The notes below the pieces were generated by a model. The model saw only the letters and a program-made list of their open reading frames with translations. It had not been told where the DNA came from and did no database searches. A stretch of DNA of 64,000 nt from a phage. Shown one piece after another: positions 45,063-53,457 of the stretch. Made by a program: the position numbers and the translations under genes. The DNA lies in sequence record PX441839.1, one strand, 5' to 3'. Position 1 is the stretch's first letter. Each line of letters opens with the position of its first letter.

Positions 45063-45529
45063 TTCTCTTTCAGAACCTCTCTGATCCTTTCAAATTCCTC
45101 AACGATCCAGTCAAACTGAGGAAGTTCTATAACTTTTGCATTGTCAGGTGAGCCATAGTAGTAATAATGGGTAAATGGAAGTTCAGATTTCCACAACTCC
45201 TCCACTATGTCTCTGTTCTGCCGAAGCTTACATCGTATAGCCTCAAGTATGACTTCCTTGTCTGAATCTGTCAACCCCTCTTTGTCGATTCTTTCGTGTT
45301 TAAGGCGATTGCCATACTTCTTGGCCTCAAAACCTTTCATTGTCCTAAGCTCATAGTGCTTACAACCTGTCAGGTAAAAATACCAAAATCCCTCCATACA
45401 CTTAAATGATCCGTACCCAGGGACGGTAAAATCCCTGTCGTACAAGTTTGTCAGCATCCTTCCAAGTTTTGTTGCTCCCTTGGTGTAGATGTTGATGTGG
45501 TTGTTTCCGTCATCTTCTGGCGAGAACAC
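45053..45529 (-). CDS. possible NADAR (DUF1768, YbiA-like) domain protein
   Basis: INIYTKG ... LTNL ... GYGSF.CMEGFWYF and LEAIRCKLRQNRDIVEEL resemble the NADAR pattern (INFY ... FSNF ... EHYFQ ... RKALRAKF); judged from memory. Confidence 0.35.
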   Translation of the reverse strand: MFSPEDDGNNHINIYTKGATKLGRMLTNLYDRDFTVPGYGSFKCMEGFWYFYLTGCKHYELRTMKGFEAKKYGNRLKHERIDKEGLTDSDKEVILEAIRCKLRQNRDIVEELWKSELPFTHYYYYGSPDNAKVIELPQFDWIVEEFERIREVLKEKWK

Positions 45530-45544
45530 TCATTAACCTCCTCT

Positions 45545-45964
45545 TTAAGATTTTTTCTTTTTGGTGGTTGAAGCAGATTTTTGAACTTTGGGTGATTTAA
45601 CCATTGGTCGATGAACTTGTTTCCCACGTCTTACCCCTTTCTTCGGTTTATAAGGCTCCTCCGGCTTTTCATACAACCCGAGGATTGCATTTTCAACGGC
45701 ACTTGTCGGAACAGTCGCCATTCCCCTTCGCTTGGCATCGGGAAGCTGTACCTCCCACACAGACAGCCAATATTTCAAGTCTTCTATACGGTCCTGTGCC
45801 CAAGGATCAGGTTCCTTGATCCCAATGAGTCGTTCAAGCTCATCATATCTCTCATTGAGGCACTTTTCAAGTTTTTCAATTGGCGTTGAAAATACAAACG
45901 CCTCCTTGTCGAAAGGTTGCGTCTTCTTTTGCATACCTACTCCTCCTCTTTGATCCTTACCCAT
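45545..45964 (-). CDS. hypothetical protein with basic C-terminal tail (139 aa)
   Basis: Six-frame ORF. Confidence 0.5.
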   Translation of the reverse strand: MGKDQRGGVGMQKKTQPFDKEAFVFSTPIEKLEKCLNERYDELERLIGIKEPDPWAQDRIEDLKYWLSVWEVQLPDAKRRGMATVPTSAVENAILGLYEKPEEPYKPKKGVRRGKQVHRPMVKSPKVQKSASTTKKKKS

Positions 45965-46173
45965 CCCATCTTAAGCATGTGCTGTTCAGAGGTGGGCCAT
46001 TTATTATCAACCACAGCTTGTAGCCACTCATGGTCTATACCATCGTGAACATATTCACTGTACAAGGTGTCTAATGTTTCCACATGAGCAACAGATGCCG
46101 CCCCTGTCCTTACCAAATACTCCCTCAGTTCAGTGACACGTCTGCTTAGTTTACAGCTATCACAATTGCACAT
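45937..46173 (-). CDS. hypothetical protein (about 78 aa; start uncertain)
   Basis: Internal ATG at 46173 chosen to limit overlap with the upstream gene. Confidence 0.35.
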   Translation of the reverse strand: MCNCDSCKLSRRVTELREYLVRTGAASVAHVETLDTLYSEYVHDGIDHEWLQAVVDNKWPTSEQHMLKMGWVRIKEEE

Positions 46174-46492
46174 TATCCCACTCCAACACAATGAAATGAC
46201 TAAAACGAGAAGTGTGTGACCAACGCATGATGGTAGCATCTGCCCAAGCGATCTTGTCAGGATCTCCGCTGACTTTGATGTGTATGTTGTCACAGTTTTG
46301 TCTTACATCTACAACTTTGAATGTGTAATCCATCCAATTCAGGCGTTTACAGAGATATATTAATTGCTCATTCATCTCGTAAGAGAATTTGTAGAACCTA
46401 GGCTTCTCTTGGGCCTTGTAGATCTCCTCTAGCTTCTCTATCTGCTCATCTGTCATCTCCAGACGGTGCAGATGGTACAAAGTGTCTTCCAT
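46160..46492 (-). CDS. hypothetical protein (110 aa)
   Basis: Six-frame ORF. Confidence 0.45.
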   Translation of the reverse strand: MEDTLYHLHRLEMTDEQIEKLEEIYKAQEKPRFYKFSYEMNEQLIYLCKRLNWMDYTFKVVDVRQNCDNIHIKVSGDPDKIAWADATIMRWSHTSRFSHFIVLEWDNVQL

Positions 46493-46579
46493 ATTACCTC
46501 CAAATCGTTAGCAGAAAGCCCCACAATCGATTTTATGGGGTTCAGGTATGCGATGGTATTCCAAACACCACAGAAGTCC

Positions 46580-46789
46580 TTACAGAGCTTCCTGTGCAGT
46601 CGTCCCTTCCTTACATTCAGGACAATACCATACCCCAAGACCGGGGTGTTCTGGATCTTCCACAAAATTGTCAGGTTTCTCATGTAAGACGATTGATTGT
46701 CCAATCGCCGCACCTGGTATTTTGTAGAAGCAGATATGAGGACCAACACCGTAATGTGGGTACTCCCCATCTTTGCATGTCTCACACAT
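46580..46789 (-). CDS. small zinc-ribbon protein (69 aa)
   Basis: CETC ... CPEC; ATG at 46789 with GGAGATGA RBS. Confidence 0.45.
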   Translation of the reverse strand: MCETCKDGEYPHYGVGPHICFYKIPGAAIGQSIVLHEKPDNFVEDPEHPGLGVWYCPECKEGTTAQEAL

Positions 46790-47070
46790 CAAATCATCTC
46801 CATCGTTATAAGTACGTTATCCAGATCGTCGGTATTTAACTGTAGATCAGGATTAATACTATCCTCCACACGATGATAAATCAACCCCTTTTCCACATAC
46901 TGATAAACCACATCATGATATTTTCCCAACATGGTTAACCAGTCACATTCGTAAACAGTGACCACACATACCTTTAGTCCCATCTTTGCTGATCTCCAAG
47001 CTTCCCTCACAGCCATGAGGTGAGCTAATTCCAGATCATCCATCTTATTTTTATTCTTATTCAATAACAT
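46789..47070 (-). CDS. hypothetical protein (93 aa), first gene of the minus-strand block
   Basis: Six-frame ORF next to the AT-rich divergent region. Confidence 0.45.
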   Translation of the reverse strand: MLLNKNKNKMDDLELAHLMAVREAWRSAKMGLKVCVVTVYECDWLTMLGKYHDVVYQYVEKGLIYHRVEDSINPDLQLNTDDLDNVLITMEMI

Positions 47071-47099
47071 TATATAAACCTCTTATGATATCTTCGTCT

Positions 47100-47380
47100 A
47101 GTGCTGTGCAGTATACACCCTGTAGATCAGATGTCAAGACTACCAATTCAAAAAATTTTCAGATAATCTATGTATAAGATCTAAAGATCTATTATAAAAA
47201 GTTATAAGATCTTATTGTTTTTATAATTATTATGAATATAATGAATAATAATTATGGTTTTTATAATTTATGAGTGAAACGAATAAATTATAAGATCAAA
47301 TGGGGTTCTTATGAGCGTAGCGAATGGGTATAATCTTAATATAAGTATTGTGTGCCTTTTGAGGCAACGACGTAGGTTGT
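47100..47380. other. AT-rich divergent control region with TATAAGATC repeats (candidate origin / promoter hub)
   Basis: tataagatc at 47174, 47203 and 47288; agatct three times; long A/T runs; lies between divergently transcribed blocks. Confidence 0.4.
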
Positions 47381-47392
47381 GTGGAGGTGAGG

Positions 47393-47809
47393 ATGATTTT
47401 TCAGTTTGGTAACAGTTCAGTGGAGATTTCAGAAGATAGCTTCATGCAGATTCCTACCCACTGGGTAATGAACTTAAGCGGAGATGACTTAAAGAGGGCT
47501 TGCCTTCTTCGGTGGAGGTTCACATTCTTTGCTGATACGGGACTTTTCCCAGATGCATCCCTATGCTTCTATGAGTCTCAGCAGTCATTGTGTGACCTGT
47601 TTGGGATGTCAAAGTCTAGCCGGACAAAGGTGAGTGCTTGTCTAAAGAGGTTGGAGGCTGCTGGGGTAATATTTATACGCAGGGGCAAGTCAAGGGAGAG
47701 TGGGGAGTTGAAGCCACGGCATTACATTGTCCCCAATGACTCACTGCTTATTGAGAAGTACGGTATACGACCAGACTTGTGGGATGATAAGGAAATAATT
47801 GAAAAGTAA
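47393..47809 (+). CDS. putative HTH DNA-binding protein (138 aa)
   Basis: ATG at 47393 after GGAGGTGAGG RBS; helix-turn-helix-like segment GMSKSSRTKVSACLKRLEAAGVI. Confidence 0.45.
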   Translation: MIFQFGNSSVEISEDSFMQIPTHWVMNLSGDDLKRACLLRWRFTFFADTGLFPDASLCFYESQQSLCDLFGMSKSSRTKVSACLKRLEAAGVIFIRRGKSRESGELKPRHYIVPNDSLLIEKYGIRPDLWDDKEIIEK

Positions 47810-47867
47810 GTTGACATCCGGTGTGGTGTTTAGTACAGTTTCGACATTGAAAATGAGAGGAGAGAAG

Positions 47868-48158
47868 ATGAATATTCAAGAACAGGTTAAAATAACTTTC
47901 GAAGACCTTGTGGAACTACATAAGAAACGAAAATATCAAAAGGGCCGAGAAAAGAAGGCAATGGAGGATGTGGTATTCTTTTCTAAAGATGGTCATGGAC
48001 TTTCCAAGAAAGAGGCAAACAGGAAGGTTGATGCAGCGTGGGCTACACAACGGGACGCTGTGAACATTGTGTCAGGTATTGATAAGCAGATTGAATATGA
48101 ACTGAATGCCATAGGGCAGATTATCAACTTTGTTGCGGAAAAGGAGAGTGATAAATGA
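47868..48158 (+). CDS. hypothetical protein (96 aa)
   Basis: ATG at 47868 after GAGAGGAGAGAAG RBS. Confidence 0.5.
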   Translation: MNIQEQVKITFEDLVELHKKRKYQKGREKKAMEDVVFFSKDGHGLSKKEANRKVDAAWATQRDAVNIVSGIDKQIEYELNAIGQIINFVAEKESDK

Positions 48159-49069
48159 TTTCTTTACATCTCGATAACTTTAAAAGGGTTAAGCTTGAGT
48201 TTATGACGTTCAGCGGTGGAGAGCGTAACGTCCGTATAGGTGGACTGGATGTCGAAAAAGATGGTGTTCTTGAGTTTGCTGGATATGGGGAGGTTGACCA
48301 TCTCTCTCAACGTAAGTGGGAAAATTATCGTGTAACAGCACATATTCAAAGCTCAGATGATATCATGGATCTGTTACTTCTAAAGGATGCCATTGATCGT
48401 GTGGGCAATGGATGTTTGCGACGTGTATACTCAATCCTGCATCTTCCGTATCTCCCATATGCTCGACAAGACCGTGCAATGGTAAACGGGGAGGCGATCT
48501 CTGTTGTCGTTATGGCAAACCTGATTAACTCTCTTGAGTTTGATGCCGTGTGGATTGATGACCCGCATTCTGATGTTGGTCCGTCGCATATAAAAAACGC
48601 CGTAATTACCCCTCAGCATGAGCTTTTGCTGGACATGTGTAACAAAGATGATGTTCTTTCCGATGGAACAATCATTGTTGCACCTGATGCAGGTGCCATG
48701 AAAAAGGCAAGCAAGTTGGCTGAACTCGCTGATTTACCTCTCGGGACTGGTGGTAAACACAGGGATGTCAAGACAGGTAAGATTACAGGAACAACTTACA
48801 CAGGGCCAGATGTAAACGGTAAACGATGCCTGTTGGTAGACGATATTGCGGATGGCGCTGCCACATTTGTGTGTCTTGCAGAGAAACTAAAATCCCTGGG
48901 TGCAAAACAGGTTGATCTGTATGTAACGCACGGCATTTTCTCAAAAGGGATTGATGACCTTGAGCATATCGATAAGATTTATTCGGCATACCCCTGGAGA
49001 AAGAACGTTAAGTGGAAAAATGGAAAAGGTAAGCTAAATACGGTTGACATCGTAAGCTGGTTCGAGTAA
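48155..49069 (+). CDS. ribose-phosphate pyrophosphokinase (Prs)-like; candidate ADP-ribose pyrophosphate synthetase (NARP1 Adps)
   Basis: LPYLPYARQDR and LLVDDIADGAATF match the Prs motifs; immediately upstream of the NAMPT-like gene. Confidence 0.8.
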   Translation: MISLHLDNFKRVKLEFMTFSGGERNVRIGGLDVEKDGVLEFAGYGEVDHLSQRKWENYRVTAHIQSSDDIMDLLLLKDAIDRVGNGCLRRVYSILHLPYLPYARQDRAMVNGEAISVVVMANLINSLEFDAVWIDDPHSDVGPSHIKNAVITPQHELLLDMCNKDDVLSDGTIIVAPDAGAMKKASKLAELADLPLGTGGKHRDVKTGKITGTTYTGPDVNGKRCLLVDDIADGAATFVCLAEKLKSLGAKQVDLYVTHGIFSKGIDDLEHIDKIYSAYPWRKNVKWKNGKGKLNTVDIVSWFE

Positions 49070-49125
49070 AGTACATTTTATCGGGAGGCGTGTTGCCTCC
49101 CACATACAACGAAGGAGAGTTACAT

Positions 49126-50916
49126 ATGCTGAGTCAAAATAGCCCTATTCTTTTTGCTGATTGGTACAAGCCATCCCACATCTCCATGTATCATGGTAAA
49201 TCAGAGATCGTCCAAGATAACATGACACCACGTAATCACAAACATTACACTCACTTTTCTGACAATGATAAGCGTGTAATGATGGCTGGCCTTCAAGGAT
49301 TCATCAAATGGTTCCTTATCGAAAAGTTCAACAAGGATTTCTTCTCCCTGTCCAAAGAGGAGGCTCTGGCAGAGTTTAAAGAGATCTGTGACTTATCTAT
49401 TGGACCTGGTAAAGTTGAAACATGGGGATTCGAAAAGCTTCACGACCTTGGCTACCTGCCAATTGAAATTCGTGCTTTACCAGAAGGTACTTTGTGCCCG
49501 GTACAGGTTCCACTGTTCACTATTCAGAACACGCACCCTGACTTCTACTGGTTGCCTAACTATTTGGAATCTGTGGTATCTTCTGAAACATGGAAGACTA
49601 TCACCACGGCAACTACGTTCTGGCAGTATCGTAAACTGTCCGAGAAGTTCGCTGCACTGACCTGTGACGACAACAGTCACGTACCGTTCCAAAACCACTG
49701 CTTCGCCTATCGCGGACAGGCTGGTACGCACGATGCAGCGCAATCTGAGTTTGGTCAACTGATCAACTCTATGGGTACAGACACCATTCCGGCAATCCTG
49801 TATGCAAATAATTATTACTGGATGAAGGGTAAGTTTGTTGCAGGGTCAATTCCAGCATCTGAACATTCTGTTGCCACCACCAACATTGGGTTCATCGTTG
49901 GTCGTTTACGCTCAGAAAATCCAGAAATGTCTCTGGACGATCTCCGTTTCCATGCAGAGGTTGAGTTCCTTAAGCGTTACATTACGGAAATTTTCCCAAC
50001 TGGGCTTGTTTCTTATGTTGGTGACAGCTACGATTGGTATCGTCTAATTCGACATGGGGCCGAGGCTCTGAAAGAGGAAATCTTAGCTCGTGATGGAAAA
50101 CTTGTTTGGCGACCTGACTCTGGTGTTCCAGAGGACATTATTTGTGGGACTGTTGACTGGAGCAAGATTCAGGATTTAACTGATGCAGGTTCCCTTGAAT
50201 ATGCGGGTGAGTGGGCACTAGAAACTGCTGTTGAATCCGTTCAAGAAGATACACCTCACGGTGAGCAGGGTGACTGGGACGTATCGAGCCTGTTCTTGTA
50301 CGAAGGTGCTCTGTACCGTATGCGTGGAGAAATTGAATGGAATCGTTATGACAAGCAGTATTACTATGTCGATGGTTCACGAGTAATCTCTGTGGAGCCA
50401 GTGGAACTGGATGATGTGCAGAAAGGTGCCATTGAAGTGCAATGGGAAATTTTCGGTGGAACTGTGAACAGTAAAGGGTACAAGGTTCTTGACCCACACG
50501 TAGGTCTGATTTACGGTGACTCAATTTCTGTTGAACGTGCTAACACTATCTACAAGCGACTTGAGGCCAAAGGATTTGCATCAAGTAACATTGTTCTCGG
50601 TGTTGGTTCCTACACTGCACAGTTCGTTACACGAGACAGTCTCGGAATGGCAGTCAAGGCAACTGGAGCAATTATTGATGGTGAGCAGATCATGGTTGTT
50701 AAGGAGCCAAAGACAGATATTGGTAAGAAGTCAGCCAAAGGGTTCCTGAAAGTTGTTCGTAATAGTGAAGGTGAGTTAGAGCTTGTCGATAACCTTCAAC
50801 TTGACCAGGTGGATGATGCAGACAATGAATTACGAACTGTATTCAAGGATGGTGTCTTGGTTGTTGACGAGACTCTTGAAGAAATTCGTAACCGCGCCGC
50901 TTCAAACCTTAAGTAA
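49126..50916 (+). CDS. nicotinamide phosphoribosyltransferase (NAMPT/NadV)-like; candidate nicotinamide-ADPR transferase (NARP1 Namat)
   Basis: N-terminal SPILFADWYKPSH matches the NAMPT start (N.IL.TDSYK.TH); about 596 aa; ATG at 49126 after GAAGGAGAG RBS. Confidence 0.8.
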   Translation: MLSQNSPILFADWYKPSHISMYHGKSEIVQDNMTPRNHKHYTHFSDNDKRVMMAGLQGFIKWFLIEKFNKDFFSLSKEEALAEFKEICDLSIGPGKVETWGFEKLHDLGYLPIEIRALPEGTLCPVQVPLFTIQNTHPDFYWLPNYLESVVSSETWKTITTATTFWQYRKLSEKFAALTCDDNSHVPFQNHCFAYRGQAGTHDAAQSEFGQLINSMGTDTIPAILYANNYYWMKGKFVAGSIPASEHSVATTNIGFIVGRLRSENPEMSLDDLRFHAEVEFLKRYITEIFPTGLVSYVGDSYDWYRLIRHGAEALKEEILARDGKLVWRPDSGVPEDIICGTVDWSKIQDLTDAGSLEYAGEWALETAVESVQEDTPHGEQGDWDVSSLFLYEGALYRMRGEIEWNRYDKQYYYVDGSRVISVEPVELDDVQKGAIEVQWEIFGGTVNSKGYKVLDPHVGLIYGDSISVERANTIYKRLEAKGFASSNIVLGVGSYTAQFVTRDSLGMAVKATGAIIDGEQIMVVKEPKTDIGKKSAKGFLKVVRNSEGELELVDNLQLDQVDDADNELRTVFKDGVLVVDETLEEIRNRAASNLK

Positions 50917-50924
50917 ATAAACAT

Positions 50925-50947
50925 ACCGCCCTTTTGGGCGGTTTTTC
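50925..50947 (+). terminator. rho-independent terminator after the NAMPT-like gene
   Basis: accgccc-tttt-gggcggt followed by ttttt. Confidence 0.6.
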
Positions 50948-50963
50948 CACAAATGGAGTAAAT

Positions 50964-51155
50964 ATGAGAAACCTTGTCGCAAAACATAATCATAACCGTT
51001 CAGCAATCCACCTAGATCGCTCCAAGGAGCCTCAAAACACAATAGAGGAGGGTTTGCTAGACTACTTTGCAGAAAACGCTCAGGATGTCGCACAGGAGGA
51101 ATACAAGATGGCATCTGGATTACCAACGTTCTCCTTTGAACCTCACTGGCGTTGA
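50964..51155 (+). CDS. hypothetical protein (63 aa)
   Basis: Internal ATG of listed ORF 50934..51155. Confidence 0.4.
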   Translation: MRNLVAKHNHNRSAIHLDRSKEPQNTIEEGLLDYFAENAQDVAQEEYKMASGLPTFSFEPHWR

Positions 51156-51219
51156 CTATCGAAGAGTCCTACAGTAAAATTAAGTCATGGATTAACTAAC
51201 TGACATCAATGTAGGACTT

Positions 51220-51477
51220 ATGAACAATGAAAATTTCAAGCTATCCCTTAGCTTCGTAACCCCAGATATCAATTCACTCGAACACATCGAATATTTCCAC
51301 TCCTTTGAAGATGCCATTGAAGAAGCAAACGACATTGCATTTACTACGGTAGGATACCCTCTCGAAGATTGGAAAGTCCTTGACTTCGGATTTGAAAGTG
51401 TACTATACTCATTTTGTCCCAACGAAGCGGATTGCAGTTCCCGCTATAAACTTACGATAGTTAAGGAGGAGTTATGA
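51220..51477 (+). CDS. hypothetical protein (85 aa)
   Basis: Six-frame ORF. Confidence 0.5.
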   Translation: MNNENFKLSLSFVTPDINSLEHIEYFHSFEDAIEEANDIAFTTVGYPLEDWKVLDFGFESVLYSFCPNEADCSSRYKLTIVKEEL

Positions 51478-51692
51478 GGAAGTTTCAGTATATTTTGACC
51501 ATTGATCTGGATGATGAGGCTTTGAATGCGCTCGAGGAGTGGAAGCTGTTCCGAACGGCACATGGATTATCAGGCGATGGTATTGAAGAGTTTGCCAAGA
51601 AATTTATTCCCAGTGGAATTGAAGAACGTATTAAGGAAGACCTTCTTGGAAATACAACCCACCGAGTAACTTACGCAGGAGAACTGAAATGA
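51474..51692 (+). CDS. hypothetical protein (72 aa)
   Basis: Start overlaps the upstream stop. Confidence 0.5.
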   Translation: MRKFQYILTIDLDDEALNALEEWKLFRTAHGLSGDGIEEFAKKFIPSGIEERIKEDLLGNTTHRVTYAGELK

Positions 51693-51910
51693 TCCGTAAG
51701 CATAAAGTTTTAGTCACATTGAGTGTTGACTATGGGGACCCTACTATTAAGGCACTTGTGGATGAACGCATCTCTCAAGAGGGGATAACTGTTGAAGACA
51801 TTCACAATGATGCCAAGGAAGTCCTTATTGAAGCTGTTGAAGAAATGATTAAGGACGGTGTTGACGAAAACTGCGACGGACTTAAGTTTGAGTACGAGGT
51901 TGTGGAATGA
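51689..51910 (+). CDS. hypothetical protein (73 aa)
   Basis: Start overlaps the upstream stop. Confidence 0.5.
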   Translation: MIRKHKVLVTLSVDYGDPTIKALVDERISQEGITVEDIHNDAKEVLIEAVEEMIKDGVDENCDGLKFEYEVVE

Positions 51911-51937
51911 AAGACGAATTTGATGGTTTTGTAGGTT

Positions 51938-52138
51938 TTGGTGAAGGAATCAGTTATGCGGAGGATGTGGATATTTTTGATGAGCACCCTGATTTCTGAA
52001 AGAGATCATCCAAATGCGGATGAGGATAGAACTTGCTATTTCTGCGGTCATAGTTTCAAAGGTCCTTTCAGAAGCGTTATGTGCTGGAAGTGCCTAAATA
52101 AAAAGAAACCTATTGACAATGGAAACATAAGCGAGTAA
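51938..52138 (+). CDS. small Cys-containing protein (66 aa)
   Basis: CYFCGH ... CWKC. Confidence 0.4.
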   Translation: MVKESVMRRMWIFLMSTLISERDHPNADEDRTCYFCGHSFKGPFRSVMCWKCLNKKKPIDNGNISE

Positions 52139-52173
52139 TCTTAATACATAGCCCGTAAGGAATTGCGGGATTG

Positions 52174-52249
52174 CCGATTTAGCTCAGTTGGTAGAGCGCT
52201 TCACTTGTAATGATGATGTCGCAGGTTCGAGTCCTGCAATCGGCACCAG
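52174..52249 (+). tRNA. tRNA-Thr (anticodon UGU)
   Basis: Manual cloverleaf: acceptor gccgatt/aatcggc, D-arm gctc-agttggta-gagc, T-arm gcagg-ttcgagt-cctgc, CCA encoded; one U-U mismatch in the anticodon stem. Confidence 0.7.
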
Positions 52250-52254
52250 ATAAG

Positions 52255-52328
52255 GCCCAATAGCTCACTGGTGAGAGCCAACCCCTCATAAGGGTTAGGG
52301 CGGGGATCGTAACCCCGGTGGGCCACCA
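52255..52328 (+). tRNA. tRNA-Met (anticodon CAU; initiator, elongator or Ile-lysidine not distinguished)
   Basis: Acceptor ggcccaa/gtgggcc, anticodon arm aaccc-ctcataa-gggtt, CCA encoded. Confidence 0.75.
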
Positions 52329-52347
52329 ACCAAAGAGAGAATTTAGC

Positions 52348-52426
52348 GCGGGTGTATCTCATCCGTCTTCTAAACGGACGTTAACCGAGTAATTGGAGTA
52401 TGGGGGTTCGAATCCCTCCACCCGCG
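52348..52426 (+). tRNA. atypical tRNA-like gene with anticodon-type hairpin UCU (Arg?)
   Basis: Canonical T-arm ggggg-ttcgaat-ccctc and acceptor gcgggtg/cacccgc, but no D-arm, a 23-nt extra segment, no CCA, and the acceptor extends to a perfect 16-bp stem (52339-52354 / 52419-52434). Confidence 0.4.
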
Positions 52427-52450
52427 CTAAATTCTTTTGAGGTGTAAAAA

Positions 52451-52966
52451 TTGCTAAACTTGAAAAATCAAAATATAGATAAAGGCACGGGATATTTATA
52501 CGTGTACGATCCAAGTCACCCAATGGCAAATAAGTCTGGAAAGGTTTATGTTCACAGGTATGTTGCAGAGACGGGGTTTGGTATAAAACTAACACCTGAC
52601 CTGATAGTTCACCACAAGGATGAGAATAAGCTAAACAACGAGCTAACAAATCTCGAAGTTATGACTTATTCTGAACATGCCCGTCACCACCACGGGGCGG
52701 ATTTTGTAGAATGTGTATGCAAGACCTGTGGCAATGTAACTTTGAGGAGGCCCTCGGAAGTTGTATCATTTTGTTCACACAAGTGCTCAACAACATTCAG
52801 AAGGAAATTTGAAATCTCTCCTCAAGAGTTGCAGGATTTGGTTTGTAACTACCCAGTTAGTGTTATTGCAAAGATGTTTGGGGTTAGTGATACAGCAATA
52901 CACAAGAAATGTAAAACCCTAGGGATTAAAAAGATGCCGAAAGGATTCTTTTTAAGACTCCCTTGA
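52451..52966 (+). CDS. HNH homing endonuclease
   Basis: YVHRYVAE ... IVHHKDENKLNNELTNLEVMTYSEHARHH is a classic HNH motif; C-terminal Cys cluster and HTH-like region. Confidence 0.7.
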   Translation: MLNLKNQNIDKGTGYLYVYDPSHPMANKSGKVYVHRYVAETGFGIKLTPDLIVHHKDENKLNNELTNLEVMTYSEHARHHHGADFVECVCKTCGNVTLRRPSEVVSFCSHKCSTTFRRKFEISPQELQDLVCNYPVSVIAKMFGVSDTAIHKKCKTLGIKKMPKGFFLRLP

Positions 52967-52998
52967 CATAGGTAATTGATCCTGATAAGATAATTACA

Positions 52999-53397
52999 TT
53001 GTTTCATTTCGGGATCGACAATATGGCAAAAGCTGAGATCGTAACCCGTAAGCGTGGACGGCCTTCGAAAGAAGAAAGCACAGCCATTGCTACTGAAAAG
53101 GCAATTCTTGAATATCGCCTTAAAGTGGCGATGTTATTACCTACCGCTGTTGATACCCTTAAAGGTCTGTTAACGTCAGGCTCTGAAAAAGTTAAAGAGG
53201 GTACTGCAAAATTCCTGATCAATGAGGCTAAAGAGGTGTTTAACATCTACGTCGCAGAAGATAATCAGGACAGTGAAGCAGGTGGTACAGTATCTGCAAA
53301 CTCACAGACCCACGCTGGATCGTCTGATGAGATTAAAAACATTATGCCTCTTACTACGGAAATCCGTGAGTACAAGATGGCAGAAGGTGAAGATTAA
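52999..53397 (+). CDS. hypothetical protein with AT-hook-like RKRGRPSK (about 125-132 aa)
   Basis: Six-frame ORF; terminator follows. Confidence 0.45.
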   Translation: MFHFGIDNMAKAEIVTRKRGRPSKEESTAIATEKAILEYRLKVAMLLPTAVDTLKGLLTSGSEKVKEGTAKFLINEAKEVFNIYVAEDNQDSEAGGTVSANSQTHAGSSDEIKNIMPLTTEIREYKMAEGED

Positions 53398-53428
53398 GAC
53401 CCTTCGGGGTCTTTGAGTTTTCTTTTGA
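53398..53428 (+). terminator. rho-independent terminator
   Basis: gaccc-ttcg-gggtc followed by tttgagttttctttt. Confidence 0.5.
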
Positions 53429-53457
53429 CGATTATTTTCGTACAAAAGAGAATTTAA

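Noticed and set aside
46453-46785. 110-aa minus-strand ORF
   Set aside because: It overlaps the better-supported zinc-ribbon ORF (46580..46789, which has an RBS and Cys pairs) in a different frame.
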